DNA of 64,000 nt from Haliotis cracherodii (GCF_022045235.1 NW_027266286.1:67022001-67086000), one strand, 5' to 3'. Positions 25,760 to 38,983 are shown, counted from the stretch's first letter. The notes: generated from the sequence alone by a model not told the origin. Numbers and translations: made by a program.

Positions 25760-26300
25760 AGACACATAGACACATAGACAGTGTACTGGACATCTGGCTG
25801 TCATGTGGATCACAGGTTGCGATCAGTGGGATGGAAACACACTTATGTCACGCTAAGCAAAACAAGCATATTTCAAAATCTTCATCAACAAAAAATTACA
25901 TTTGACACATTTTGATTTCTTTGATTCATGACTTGGCAGTTTGAATGTGGAGTTTGGATTCCTGCTCCTGCGTATAGATATATGTCTTGTATATTTATGT
26001 ACATGTTATTTACATGTCAATATTGTCTTATTTTTGTGTACGCAACCTCATAGTGAGCACTCCAAATAAGTTCAGTTTGTGTTTCCATGAAAAAGTTAGT
26101 GTTTTATTTGTAAACAGACTGTATGTGATTTACCTTCTAGATATGTTGCTATTTATGTTCACCATGATTGAAATGAACAAAACAAACCAACATGTAGAAA
26201 CATAAACATAAGAAGCATTCAACATTTGTGTATTTCTTGCAATACACATGCATTCCAGGATCGCTTATGACAGATAGCATATATGTCAGATAACATATAT

Positions 26301-26412
26301 TACTCAAAAGAAGTTAAAGAACACACATTGTTTTCACATTACTATAGTTACCTTTCATGACGTGACTGATTAACTGTCAAATGAAAATTGGGTGTTCTTT
26401 AACATCATTGGA
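26301..26412. mobile_element. Tc1/mariner-type palindromic MITE (~125-bp family)
   Basis: TIR tactcaaaagaagttaaagaacac / gtgttctttaac. Confidence 0.7.
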
Positions 26413-26513
26413 TTATATATATAAGTAAGTGCTAGCACATGTAACTAATAACATGTCACATAACATGAAACTGATAACGTATGTCACATAACATGTAACT
26501 TATAGCATATATA

Positions 26514-26691
26514 GGGGCAGTTGGGTAGCCTAGTGGTTAAAGCGTTCGCTCGTCATGCTGAAGACCCGGGTTTGATTCCCGACATGGGTACAATGTGTGA
26601 AGCTCATTTCTGGTGTCCCCCGCCGTGATATTGCTGGAATATTGCTAAAAGCGGCATAAAGCCATACTCACTCACTCACTCACTCACTCAC
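26514..26691 (+). mobile_element. SINE family A
   Basis: TSD tat(a/g)gcatatata. Confidence 0.92.
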
Positions 26692-26794
26692 TATGGCATA
26701 TATAACAGAAAACATGTAACAGATAGCACATTTAACACTTAGCATATTGAGCAGATAATATATATATATATATCTAGCATATAGCTTACAGCAA

Positions 26795-26917
26795 TTGAAA
26801 AGAAGTTAAAAAACACCCAATTCTTTCTTATTACTATAGTTATCTGACATGCCCTGACAGATTAACTGTAGTAATATGAAATAATCAGGTGTCCTTTAAC
26901 TTCTTTTGAGTAGTATA
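26795..26917. mobile_element. Tc1/mariner-type palindromic MITE (~125-bp family)
   Basis: gaaaagaagttaaaaaacacc...ggtgtcctttaacttcttttgagtagTATA. Confidence 0.75.
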
Positions 26918-26990
26918 TGACCAATGGCATATATAGCATGTTGCATATACAAGACAGTTGATAATATATAAAGTGAATAATATATATGTA

Positions 26991-27170
26991 TGTAAAAGGC
27001 GACAATCAGGATCAGGTGGTCAGGCTCGCTGACTTGGTTGATGCATGACATTGTATCCCAATTGCGGAGATCGATGCTCATGACGTCAATCAGTGGATTG
27101 TCTTGCCCAGACTCGATTAATTACAGACCGCTGTCATATTGCTGAGTTCGGCGTTAAACAACAAACAAAC
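26991..27170 (+). mobile_element. SINE-like family B, 5'-truncated
   Basis: gtaaaaggcgac...ggcgttaaacaacaaacaaac. Confidence 0.85.
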
Positions 27171-28579
27171 AATATATTCATGTACAGCAGACATCTTATA
27201 TAACAGCAGAGAGCATATATAGAAACTAGCATAAAACAGATAGAAGTTGGCTTTTATAATGAATAGCAAACAGAAGAAATCAAAAGTTCAATCCCTTTTG
27301 CAATAATGGCCGCCAGAAAGGTTTGTAGGGTATTCAAGGGGAGGTAACCATGTGTTGGACAACTGATAGTATTTCCCCACCCAAACAGCATGTGAAACCA
27401 GGGTCTGCACCAATGGCAAATGTCAAATGGCATCAGCACTCTGCGGTGAGCCTGGAAGAAATGTGGCATGTTTATGGTGGAATTGTTTACCTGTGTGTAC
27501 ATAGTTAAAGGTGACATGCTGTTATTCAAGTGCTGGCGTGTTTAATATTTTATGACATTTCAAGTACCCGCCCACTACCTATGTCTCCGCCCAACGCAGA
27601 AATAACACTATGTTAACGAAGGTTTATCATTAGCATGTGTTTGTAAACATAGAAACGCTGCATGCTTTCAGTGACACTTTGATTGTTTGCCTCTGTTTAT
27701 CTTAATCAGGTGGTAGCAGTCAGCTGTGATATATTACACCTCTAAATCTTACCGCTTTGTTTTCCTCAAATTTGCTGAAAATAAATGTCATTGTGAATGT
27801 CAGTCAACTGGTTGTGTTGATGGTGGAGATTGGTTTCGCTATCTGTTTATTTTCCTTCCATGTTCAAAATTGCCAACTGCCAAAAATAGGATGTCTTTAT
27901 TCTTCTGAACTGATATTCATGAAAAATATTAATTGAACTTTCAGAATTGGGAAAACAAAGTTTATCGCCATTGAATGGCATGGATTAGAGAGATATGGGG
28001 ACACGACCTCGAAGTGTGACCTCGTGTCCTCGTGTGGCACTATTCCAGTGTTATGACAGATGGTAAAAATCACCATCAGCCTTCCCCTCCCCACCCCCCT
28101 CCCCCCTCATCCCTCCCCCCTCATCCCTCCCCATGTCTTGCTGCCACTGTGATTCAGCTTCCTGTGGCCCAAATTAACTCCACATCCCTGGCAATACAAA
28201 CAAAACAATGCTTTTAATGCATTCATTTCCAATATGTTTGTTTGGAGTGAAAATCTGAAATGTATAGAATATCATGGAGCATATTATTCCTTGTGTGGCG
28301 TCTATAACTATGTCCAGGCTCTTGTCCTGATCATGTAGCTTATATACAGAACAAACAACGTTAGGGGTCACGATTAGTTTGGGGGACATTTCGTCGCGAA
28401 TACTGAGCATGCAAAATCATAAAAATATTCCAAAAAATATTCATGACCCCTTACTTTTTTGTCCAAAAATTGAAATAAAAAAAACAAAAAAAATTAAAAC
28501 TTTTTTGTTCAATATACATCAGGAATCATGAATATCAGAAATAACGTTACTGAATATTACAGACTTAAAAATATCAATA

Positions 28580-28703
28580 TACTACTCAAAAGAAGTTAAG
28601 AACACCCTATTCTTTCATATTACTATAGTTGATCTGTCATGCTGAGAGATTTACTGTAGTGATAGGAAAGAAACGAGAGTTCTTTAACTTTTTTGAGAAG
28701 TAT
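28580..28703. mobile_element. Tc1/mariner-type palindromic MITE (~125-bp family)
   Basis: TA-tactactcaaaagaagttaag...ctttaacttttttgagaagta-TA; whole element folds into a hairpin. Confidence 0.8.
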
Positions 28704-29602
28704 ATTCCTCATAAATTCCTTATTTTGACTTTTATTAAATGATGATATGTCCATTTCTAAACACAATGAAAACGTAAGGAATAATTCCTTATGGAGATTA
28801 TACTGAATTTGCTCTATGCATCATTAGGAAAATGGTTGCTGATGATTATATTTTAAAGATATATTTTTGTAATTTTATTACATATCCAGCTGTTGCTAAG
28901 GTCAAACCCGATGATACGAAAATGTTTTATGGATTAGGAGACGGCCCTTATCACTTGCAGGATATACGCCATGGTATCCCCCTACTGTATAAAGCAAGTG
29001 CTAATTGAATATTAATGAGGGTATTAATGAATTTACAGTCATTATCTCCTCTGACAGATAGGATAAGCTGCAGATGAAAAACAGACTTGTGCTGGGAGAA
29101 GGATTACGTGTATATATAATGGCCGTAACAGGCTCGTTAAAATGTCGGCACATCACCATACTTCTGTCAAAGTATTAACAAGTTAATTATCTAGTTGAAA
29201 TAATGGAATGTTATCAATTAAGAAGTATTAGGTGTGAAAATGCAATGTTGTCTCAATTAATGCCGCACACCTTGGATTTAGATGTTGGAGGAAGCAGCAG
29301 CATGGATTTCCTGGGAATTGAGAACATTGTTGTACAGTTGGAGTAGAGTTGGTGAGATAAGGCCACATATAGCACAGAGAAGCTGAAACTGTGCTGGGTA
29401 AGGCAGAATGTCAGCTGTATCAGTGTTGGATATAGCAGATAGTTTGTTTTACTAAATTTGGATAGTCCAACAAACACAACAGATTGAATGGTTGCAGTAT
29501 TCATGGTCATTATTTTTGTTATTTCAGCATCATCATCATCATCATCATTATCATCATCATCATTGCATCAGACAACATTGCGGAAAAGAAATTTCAGCTA
29601 TG

Positions 29603-29760
29603 ATAAATAGAAGATCTCACCCAAGTGTTTCTTTTATGTCAAATATATCAACATGTGTCGATAAAAGTCTAAGCTCCTGAGGCTTGCTGAGGATTTTAAA
29701 ACTTTTCTTGACGAGTGTTGATATATTTGATATCAAAAGACATGATGGTATGATTCTACA
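29603..29760. mobile_element. Palindromic MITE (unclassified)
   Basis: Arms tcttttatgtcaaatatatcaaca / tgttgatatatttgatatcaaaaga; architecture like 2849-3020. Confidence 0.65.
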
Positions 29761-29930
29761 TGAATTCTTATGTGAGTTTCATAAAATCAGGATGACGCAC
29801 ATGCCAGTGTAATAGTTTCTTATAATCCTTATGAGTTCCCCTTTAGAAAAGAAATTCACCAATCACGACCACTGTCTTACAAAACCACAATAGTCGAATC
29901 ACGTCAACAATCTTCAGCTATGATGTTTCT

Positions 29931-30305
29931 ACAGGGTACTGGGCACCACAGGACTACCCGGACCCGTGGTTAGTCACGTGATATATTGTTTAATGACAAA
30001 AATGATATAGAAGTCTTTGTAGTTTCACTACAACTTGCTAATGTTCGTATTTCTTTCTGATTACGCACCCATTCCTTCTGACTTTTAAAGGTTTGAATAC
30101 AGATAAAACTTAGTAAACTTCAGTGGATGCATGACCGGATTGTTTTATAAGTTTATGTAAATATTTTTTGCCAGGGTTTCAGTCAAACTATTCCCAATTG
30201 GACACAATGTACCCAACTCTTGAGACCAACAGCGGTTACTCGGGTAGGTCTGGTAATAGGGGGGTGGGTACCCAGATGGTAAACTTGGACTCGTCCCAGC
30301 GCTAG
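29931..30305 (-). mobile_element. hAT-like MITE, second copy of 588-1004 (one end missing)
   Basis: Reverse complement aligns with 591-950; terminus ctcgtcccagcgcta. Confidence 0.75.
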
Positions 30306-30358
30306 TAAGAACCATTATTTTCTTGTGTATGGTGCCTAGTTTCCTTCCCACTGCTGTG

Positions 30359-30528
30359 GGGGCGGTCGGGTAGCCTAGTGGTTAAAGCGTTCACTCGTCA
30401 CGCCAAAGACCCGGGTTTGATTCCCGACAAGGGTACAATGTGTGAAGCCCATTTCTGGTGTCCCCCGCCGTGATATTGCTGGAATATTGCTAAAAAAAAG
30501 CGGCCTAAAACCATACTCACTCACTCAC
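30359..30528 (+). mobile_element. SINE family A
   Basis: Perfect 13-bp TSD tcccactgctgtg. Confidence 0.93.
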
Positions 30529-30599
30529 TCCCACTGCTGTGTAGAGGGTGTGCATAATGCACGCAGACAAAGAGTTTTGATTAGTTTCCCCATTGCCAA

Positions 30600-30885
30600 G
30601 ACATTTCCATGAGCATGTTATGCAGGAAATATCGTGTCAACAAATCCGAACTGAAGTACGCAATTTAGTCCTGATATTACTGTTACTTGTAATCTATTTT
30701 ATTAATTCTCTTCAAATTTTCATTCAATATTGTTCACATAAATTTTGGCGAAATTGTGTTCGAACTGATCGTCAGATTACACACCAACTCACAGTTATTT
30801 ACAGCAACCAGGATCAGATTACTGCTATTGATGCTTTGAAACAAGCCTTAGTTGTCAGAGAATGGATACAGATATCATCTATCAT
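30600..30885 (+). mobile_element. Internal fragment of pogo/Tigger-like MITE (family of 47520-48238)
   Basis: cattcaatattgtt...gttatttacagcaacca...aatggatacagatatcat aligns with 47833-47985. Confidence 0.7.
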
Positions 30886-31341
30886 TACAGACAGACAGAC
30901 AGACAGTTTATTCAGTAATTTAGGCATCAAGGCCCATAGTACAATGCAGATTGCATATTAACATTTGTCACGTGATGTACATGATCAGATATGTAAATCA
31001 AGTTGAACATTTTTCATTATATAGACATGTTTTAAAAATATGGAATATTGCTGATTGCGGCGTTATACCTCAAATAGCAACCACACAGTTGTGTAGGTCA
31101 ATAACAATAATGGTTACACAGAGAGAATGAGGTTAACAAACCAGAGACAGCTATACTTTCTTCTACATTCCGTGATGACTCAACATTGCAATGTTTTGTA
31201 TAATGTCTTGTTTACAGATGACAACATAATACAAAGTTTATGTCAAGTTTGGTATTTCTAATTTTTCTCAGGAATATATGTTTTCCTCAGATCACAATTG
31301 AGATTACAAGTCAACATGAAGTGATATTCCTCTTAACAGCA

Positions 31342-31428
31342 GGAGATGCGGTCGGGTAGTCTAGTTGTTAAAGCGTTGGCTCATCACGCCCAAAACCGGG
31401 GTTCAATTCAAGTCAGTCAATCAATCAA
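31342..31428 (+). mobile_element. SINE family A head fragment nested in the LINE
   Basis: gcggtcgggtagtctagttgttaaagcgtt...ggttcaattc. Confidence 0.75.
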
Positions 31429-31886
31429 TGTAGGACAAGTTACAAATTCTAATCCTAATCTCCACTGGTTCATTATGTTATTTACCAGTTTCACATCTTA
31501 AAGAGTGGGACCCATACCTAAGTGTTCCAAGGCATTCCTAAATTTTGTAATATTTATAAATTAAAGATATGGCTCATAGCAGAAAGAAAGTTTAAATAGA
31601 GAATATGTATTTGTTTTTAAACTATTAGCGAAACACCCCTGTCACTCATGTTCTTAAGTTGGTTTAGTCTTGAAGTAAATGAATTCTGAATCTATTAACG
31701 CTCTGCTGTTCCCAACTATAACAAACCCATTGGACTAGAAAAGCTGCTTATTTTGATAGCCAGTCACTTTACTATGCATAACTGGCTGCAAAAGCATGTT
31801 ATAAGACAGTTAACATATCTACAGTCCTGCATGTTAATGGTCTTACCCAATTCTTATTTAGTGATTGTATTCTACAAACATCCGTA

Positions 31887-32131
31887 GACCGCCATTGTGG
31901 TCTAGTGGTAGAGTGTCCGCCAAGAGAGCGGAAGGTCTGGGGTTTGATCCCCGGCCGCTTCATACCAAAAGACGTTATAAGATGTTGCTTGTAGTTACCC
32001 TGTCAAGCACTCAGCATTGAGGGGCTTAAACAAGGACTGTTCAGCTCGGAGTCATTCATGTTCAACTGCGCATGGTAATTCAGTGGAATAGCACTATAAA
32101 TCTACATCAGTCTGCACTTGTACAAGCGGAC
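31887..32131 (+). mobile_element. Meta(MESC)-domain SINE nested in the LINE
   Basis: tRNA-like head tggtctagtggtagag...ggtttgatcccc, then cataccaaaagac...gcactcagcatt...caaggactg...agcactataaa, matching the recalled molluscan Meta-SINE body. Confidence 0.75.
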
Positions 32132-33393
32132 GCACGCACGCACGCACGCACACACACCGCTATATAAGTACAATAATCTTAATAAACTCCATTTCACCCC
32201 ACAAACATGTATAAAGTGGCTAACACTCGCATTCACCATTTTCCATATAATTAGTTGTAGAAGTTTTAACATGTAACGTTTACAGGTTGCTAGATGCACT
32301 GATTCAATTATGTTTACAGTGTCAAAACCCCACACTTCTGATCACATAACAATATTGGACTAATTCAGAGTCAAAAACTTTTATAACGATATATGAACAG
32401 TTTTGATAATGATCAGGATTTCAGACTTCCACATGAAATCATCTTTGCCTGTCCAGACACACTCAATGTGTGCTTCTTCCAGGATAGAGCTTATAAAATA
32501 CAATTCCTAAATACTTATAAGATGAAACACTCTCAAGTCTGAAGTCATCGTCACCATTTTTCATATTTTGACAAAATACCTTTTTTAACACTACAACCTT
32601 TATCTTGTCCAAATGTATAGATAGCTTATATTTCTCACATTTTTTTTATACATTGATACGTTTGTGTAAGCCAAAAACAGTATCCGAGATTAATGTCTCA
32701 TTGTCTGCAAACAAATTTAAAAATAGTTGGACCAACTCTTGATGAAATTGGAAGCCAGGGCATCATTGTTCAATATCACAGGCCACTTCAATTGTAGGCA
32801 TAGAAATAGAAATAGAAAGGACTTAAACTGAGTCCTTGACGGAGACTGGTAAAGCTGATTAATGTATCTGAAACTCTTCCATTAACTTTCACACATGCCT
32901 TTAAGTAAATGGTCTGTTGAGCCCCTGACATCCCAGCTGAATTTCAGCGGGGTCGAAGACACACCATTTTTGCTCTATTTACAAAATCAAATCCCTTCTT
33001 GAAATCAATAAAAATAGCATAAATATTTCCTCTATTCATTGTATCGTGGACTGTAACACAAAAACATAATCCACAGAATTATAACCTTTTTGAAAAAATA
33101 ATTTTATTGTGTGCATTGGACCAAAACACTAAGACAGAAAAAATCAAGACAGAAGTATACACTTTACGAAACATACTTTCTTTTATCTCCTTTTTTTTAA
33201 CCTGAATTGATACAATGTGGATTTTGATTGTGCACAATATATGAAATTGCATTTTTTCTGAAACGTGTACCAAAGAATAGGGTGTGCACATTATACTCAA
33301 GTGCTCACAAAACACAAGAAAATATGGGTGAAAGAATAAGAATGGGAGACAACTTGAAAGGTCCCATGCAGTTATTGGCTCACTCAATGAGCT

Positions 33394-33666
33394 GGGGGCA
33401 CGGGTGTCCCACTTGTCTGAAGAACCACAATTTACTGTGCAGAGTTGAAACCCTTGGGCACACCAGAAACCTATGGTTGTGGGTTCAAATCCTGGTTCGC
33501 TCGGATTATAATTTGTGGTTTGTCAGCACCATGTGTTTTCCGGGTTTCACCAAAGTGGTAAATGTCTAAGACCTGCATCACTTCGGGCACTTGGCACCTC
33601 CCACACTTAGCTGACACCCTGGGATATAACTGGAATACTACGCGCTAAACCAGACTCACTCACTCA
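33394..33666 (+). mobile_element. SINE family C
   Basis: ctgtgcagagttgaaacccttgggc, gtgggttcaaatcc, shared tail. Confidence 0.85.
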
Positions 33667-34249
33667 CAATAGACTAACTTAAAGTAGGAATGAGAGGAAG
33701 ACTTCATCCTGTTTTGGAATGGCGAAAGAAGTCATCCATTACTTGACCTCCTTCAAGGTCATCTTCTCTTCAACTTGATTACCCCAATAAAACACTTTAG
33801 TTCTATTTTAGTCGTGGTTGGTCTTGTTGAAGTCTTCAAGTGCCCTCAGAGAGCCAGTAAATTATGTTCCTGCGAGCATTTATATGGCTCTGGGCCTGCA
33901 TTCATTCATTGTTAACCTGAGGAATGTTATCTATGGCTGCATTATGGGATGTCAGTATCTCTTTGCTTGAAGTATACTGACCCTGGATTACTGAGACAAT
34001 GCATCTACAGATCAGGATATTGTGTGTGAGCATCCTCAAAGGCTTGACGTAGTGCTGAAGGAACCGTTTGTTTTATAGTACCCTACATATGTTGGTCCCC
34101 AGCCGTCAGCTGTGGCTTGTCTTAGTGGTGTACAGTGCTAGTGTGTTAGTGATATGCTAAAAATGTAGGTCCCCAACCATCCACTAAGACTTTATTAAAT
34201 AATGTAGAATGTTGGTTTGTAAGATTTGAAATGATATTCTCACAATAAA

Positions 34250-35220
34250 ACTCTCTGTTCATACCATCGACCACTGTTTTGCAAGATCTAGATCCGTTCA
34301 CACCATCAGCCACTGGTTTGCAGGATCTAGATCTGTTCACATCATTGACAACTGGTTTACTAGATCCAGATCTGTTCACACTATCGACCACTGGCTTACT
34401 AGATCCAGATCTGTTCTCACCATCGACCACTGGATTACTAGATCCAGATCTGTTCACACTATCGACCACTGGCTTACTAGATCCAGATCTGTTCACACCA
34501 TTGACCACTGGCTTACTAGATCCAGATCTGTTCACACCATTGGCCATTTGTTTGCCAGATCCAGATCTGTTCACACCATCGACCACTGGCTTACTAGACC
34601 CAGATCTGTTCTCACCATTGACCACTGGCTTACTAGATCCAGATCTGTTCTCACCATCGACCACTCGCTTACTAGATTCAGATCTGTTCACACCATTGGC
34701 AATTTGTTTGCCAGATCCAGATCTGTTCACACCATTGGCCATTGGCTTACTAGACCCAGATCTGCTCTCACCATGGACCACTGGCTTATTAGATTCAGAT
34801 CTGTTCACACCATTGACCACTGGCTTACTAGACCCAGATCTGTTCTCACCATCGGCCACTGGTTTACTAGATCCAGATCTGTTCACACCATTGGCCACTG
34901 GCTTACTAGATCCAGATCTGTTCTCACCATCGACCACTGGCTTAAAAGACCCAGATCTGTTCACACCATCAACCACTGGCTTACTAGATCCAGATCTGTT
35001 CACACCATTGGCCACTGGCTTACTAGACCCAGATCTGTTTTCACCATTGACCACTGGTTTGTAAGATCCAGACCTGTTCATACCATCGACCACTGGTTTA
35101 CTAGACCCAGATAAGTTCTCACCATTGACCACTGGTTTGCCAGATCTAGATCTGTTCACAACATCGACCACTGGTTTGCCAGATCCAGATCTGTTCACAA
35201 CATCGATCACTGGTTTGCTG
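34250..35220. repeat. Minisatellite, 39-bp unit CCATCGACCACTGGCTTACTAGATCCAGATCTGTTCACA, ~25 copies
   Basis: Tandem with no obvious indels; produces the 13-aa repeat ORFs on both strands. Confidence 0.95.
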
Positions 35221-36691
35221 CTATTAATGTCAATGAGTGTGACAGGTGCTTTAAAGAAAGCAAGAAACTGGAACCACATTTGTAAGCTCATTGTCCTCAT
35301 ACAGCATCTGAATCATGTTCCAAGAGCATGATGTTAATATATTGTGTGGTAAGTAAAAACTGGGATAACTATCCAATAAGCAATTACATCCATAGCGTAA
35401 CGCTGATCTCCGTACACCACATGCTTGTCTGCACCTAGTTCCCAATACAGTGAAGTACAACCAGCTTGTAGTTCCCAGTGACATCTAGTAGCCCAAACAG
35501 TGTCCAATATGTATGATATAGTGTCCCGTACATGTCATCAGTTGACGTGTTCGTCTTGGCAAGCTATTGTACTGTTCTCCCTTCATTACAGACGCATTGT
35601 TTGGTTTAATCATGTGTGAAAAATCTTCCACTGATTTGTCTGCTTGTAGATGAAAAAATAAATGAGGGTGTTGGATTTCGCATGCAGTAAAACAGGTCCC
35701 TTTATGTGTAGGCCACGGCTAACGAGTGAATATAGTCATCTCTGATTGAGTTGGGGGAGATTTACTACAATACAATCCTCCATAAGGCCCATTATAATCC
35801 ACACAGCACAAAAACGCCACCATTTTGATTACAAATCTGTCAGCCGTTCTCCTCACTGGAATATCATTGTAGATGTATAGCCTGTTTGCTAATAAATTTA
35901 TGATCTTAATGAAAATTATGTCATCAGTGAGTGAATGTATGATGTCACAAATAACCAGGGCTGATTAGGACCCAGTACGAGATATTCCGTGTGGGATTCA
36001 TAGGTCGAGCTGGGACTCTGATGGTGCATGCTTCGTCAGACGAGCCTCCTTCACGAGGCAAACTCCGAGACATGATGTCGAGCTGGTCCGCGCTTCGCTG
36101 CCTCTGCTGATCATTCTTCGTGCTTCTGTGTATCAATTTGGTTACGTGATTATAGTCAGACAGAAAACGCATCAGTCATTCACATGCGATTGTCACAGAC
36201 TAATTGATGGAAATCTTGAAATGTCTGTATTTTTCTGACAATTACCATTTATAAAGTTCAATTTGAATTGGAAACTACTCTCTTGCATTTCTCAAAGACA
36301 CTTTCTGCCACCGTTTTCCCCAGAAGGATGCTTCTGTCAACTACTAAATGAGTTTATCATTTATCAAATTTAACGTAAAGAAGTATAATTTGAAGGAGAC
36401 TGACTGAAGTATGACCATCCTTCACAAGGGTATGTCAGAAGGTCATCAGCCAAGTCTGCTACAACCAAACAACGATCGTGCAGTGGGGGCAGTAAATTGA
36501 TATAGATGAGGAACAGTTAAACAGGCATAAACTAAATATATATACAGCCAGACAGCGACGTGACATTGGTCGAATGAATACAGATTTGGCTGAGGCTAAA
36601 TGTGGAGACATCTCTCCAGGTTGGCCATATTGGGACAAAGTTTCTGTAAATCAGAGTTGCTGATATATTGGTTAATCCAATTTTGGTATTG

Positions 36692-36832
36692 TGAGTGAAT
36701 GCAGTATTCCAGCAATATCACGGCAGGGGACACCAGAAATGGGCTTCACACATTGTACCCTTCTGGAGAATCGAACCAGGGTCTTTGGCGTGTGGAGCGA
36801 ACACTTTAACCACTAGGCTAACCGACCGCCCC
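36692..36832 (-). mobile_element. SINE family A
   Basis: Reverse complement of consensus, with a small deletion in the tail. Confidence 0.9.
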
Positions 36833-36897
36833 TTTTGAGTGACATTGGGTTAATGCCTCTTTGTAGTGTATTTCAATAATGCCACCACATAGTAAGC

Positions 36898-37335
36898 TGG
36901 TGTGGAGGGATGACGTCCAGTCGTTAGTGCAGGTAATCTGGCGTGGAGGGATGACGTCCAGTCGTTAGTGCAGGTAATCTGGCGTGGAGGGATGACGTCC
37001 AGTCGTTAGTGCAGGTAATCTGGCGTGGAGGGATGACGTCCAGTCGTTAGTGCAGGTAATCTGGCATGGAGGGAGGGCTGACGTCCTGTCGTTAGTGCAG
37101 GTAATCTGGCGTGGAGGGAGGGATGACGTCCAGTCGTTAGTGCAGGTAATCTGGCGTGGAGGGATGACGTCCAGTCGTTAGTGCAGGTAAACTGGCGTGG
37201 AGGGAGGGATGACGTCCAGTCGTTAGTGCAGGTAATCTGGCGTGGAGGGATGACGTCCAGTCGTTAGTGCAGGTAATCTGGCGTGGAGGGATGACGTCCA
37301 GTCGTTAGTGCAGGTAATCTGGCGTGGAGGGAGGG
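36898..37335. repeat. Minisatellite, 41-bp unit GGCGTGGAGGGATGACGTCCAGTCGTTAGTGCAGGTAATCT, ~10 copies
   Basis: Near-perfect tandem copies, some with a GAGG insertion. Confidence 0.95.
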
Positions 37336-38096
37336 GGTATCAGTGCAATATGTACACATAAATCAGCCCAATTACGGTCCTCTGGCAGAGTTCTATGTCA
37401 GATGGGTAATGAGACTTTAATAGCTAGTGTCAGAGTGGGGAATGACTTTAGTATCTTGGCTGTCTCTCACGCATAGCCACAATCGTAAAATTAGCAACAG
37501 GCAAACTAAAGTGCATGAGCGTGGCATCAAACTGCTTGAATAGGTGCTGCTGCTGCTGCAGTAGTGATGTAGAGGTAGACGAGAGCAGCGGCCTTGGTGG
37601 CAACACACTGCTGTACTGCAAGATTCTTCCTCTCAGCTGTGAAGGTGCACCGTTTGCACACATCGCCATGTTCGCCAGAGCTGTAATTAAACTGAAATTT
37701 ATCAAGTATAGGCTCTAGAACAAGATACACTGCTTGCGAGCAGGCCTGTTTGGGGATAATGAAATTCTTTAAAAAAAACACGAAAATTGTGAGGCTTGTA
37801 AATATATATTTGAAAAGTCATTTGCAGAATTACACTTTTTAAATGTATATATTCTGCTGTGAATTGTCTCTACTTTACTGGACAGTGTTAAAACACATTT
37901 CCATGTTTACCGGTAGAATACTGAAAACATATTTATTTCAGAGTAGAATATATATTTAGGTCTTGTTGTCTGTTTTGGTTCTACATGAACAGTTCTTCAC
38001 AAATCAGCCACATGGTGTTGCATAGATACAATACTGCTTCTATTCAAAAACTGGGATTATGACAAGTATTCAACTGGTCTATGTTATAACCAGTAT

Positions 38097-38738
38097 TAGA
38101 AATACAGGTAGTTAATTCTGTATGCTAGATCATTATCAGTTTTAGAAATACAGGTAGTTAATTCTGTATGCTAGATCATTATCAGTTTTAGAAATACAGG
38201 TAGTTAATTCTGTGTGCTAGATCATTATCAGTTTTAGAAATACAGGTAGTTAATTCTGTATGCTAGATCATTATCAGTTTCAGAAATACTGGCAGTTTAT
38301 TCTGTATGCTAGATCATTATCAGTTTCAGAAATACTGGCAGTTTATTCTGTATGCTTGATCATTATCAGTTTTAGAAATACTGGTAGTTTATTCTGTATG
38401 CTAGATCATTTTCAGTTTTAGAAATACTGGCAGTTTATTCTGAATGCTTGATCATTTTCAGTTTTAGAAATACTGGTAGTTTGTTCTGTATGCTAGATCA
38501 TTATCAGTTTTAGAAATACTGGCAGTTTATTCTGTATGCTAGATCATTATCAGTTTTAGAAATACTGGCAGTTTATTCTGAATGCTTGATCATTATCAGT
38601 TTTAGAAATACTGGTAGTTTATTCTGTATGCTTGATCATTTTCAGTTTTAGAAATACTGGTAGTTTATTCTGTATGCTAGATCATTATCAGTTTTAGAAA
38701 TACTGGCAGTTTATTCTGTATGCTAGATCATTTTCAGT
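38097..38738. repeat. Minisatellite, 46-bp unit TTAGAAATACWGGYAGTTWATTCTGTATGCTAGATCATTATCAGTT, ~14 copies
   Basis: Near-perfect tandem with a polar gradient of variants. Confidence 0.95.
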
Positions 38739-38983
38739 ATCAGCCATGGTATTGCTGGAATTTCGCTAAAAGTGCTGGAAAAGCATACTCACCAATTGCT
38801 GTCCTCTGACTTACTTCGAGAACAATGTGACAGTCCTGTGTATATTTGTTTATATACAACAACAGTGCAGAAGGTGTATAAATTGCCTTGTAACTACTAT
38901 CAATTAGTTTTATCAGTTTATTCACTACCACTGGATCTCTGAAAATAAATTTGACTTGAATAAGCACCCCTCTTTGTCAGTTT

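Larger units (their letters stand above)
30887..33085 (-). pseudogene. 5'-truncated, decayed CR1/L2-group LINE (RT, C-terminal CCHC region, 3' UTR)
   Basis: Minus-strand motifs with stops and frameshifts: IYAIFIDFKKGFDFVNR, LRQGLSLSP, LFADNETLISDTVFGL, SYKYLGIVF, SEVWGF...IESVHLATCKR, GSHSLRCETG...RICNL, EEYHFMLTC. AATAAA (30907-30912) followed by a (CTGT)n tail. Confidence 0.85.

Noticed and set aside
5141-27690. Enrichment of TCF/LEF CTTTGAT sites
   Set aside because: The roughly ten seen are about what AT-rich composition predicts.
36898-38738. CRISPR-like arrays
   Set aside because: Head-to-tail repeats without unique spacers, eukaryotic context, no cas genes.
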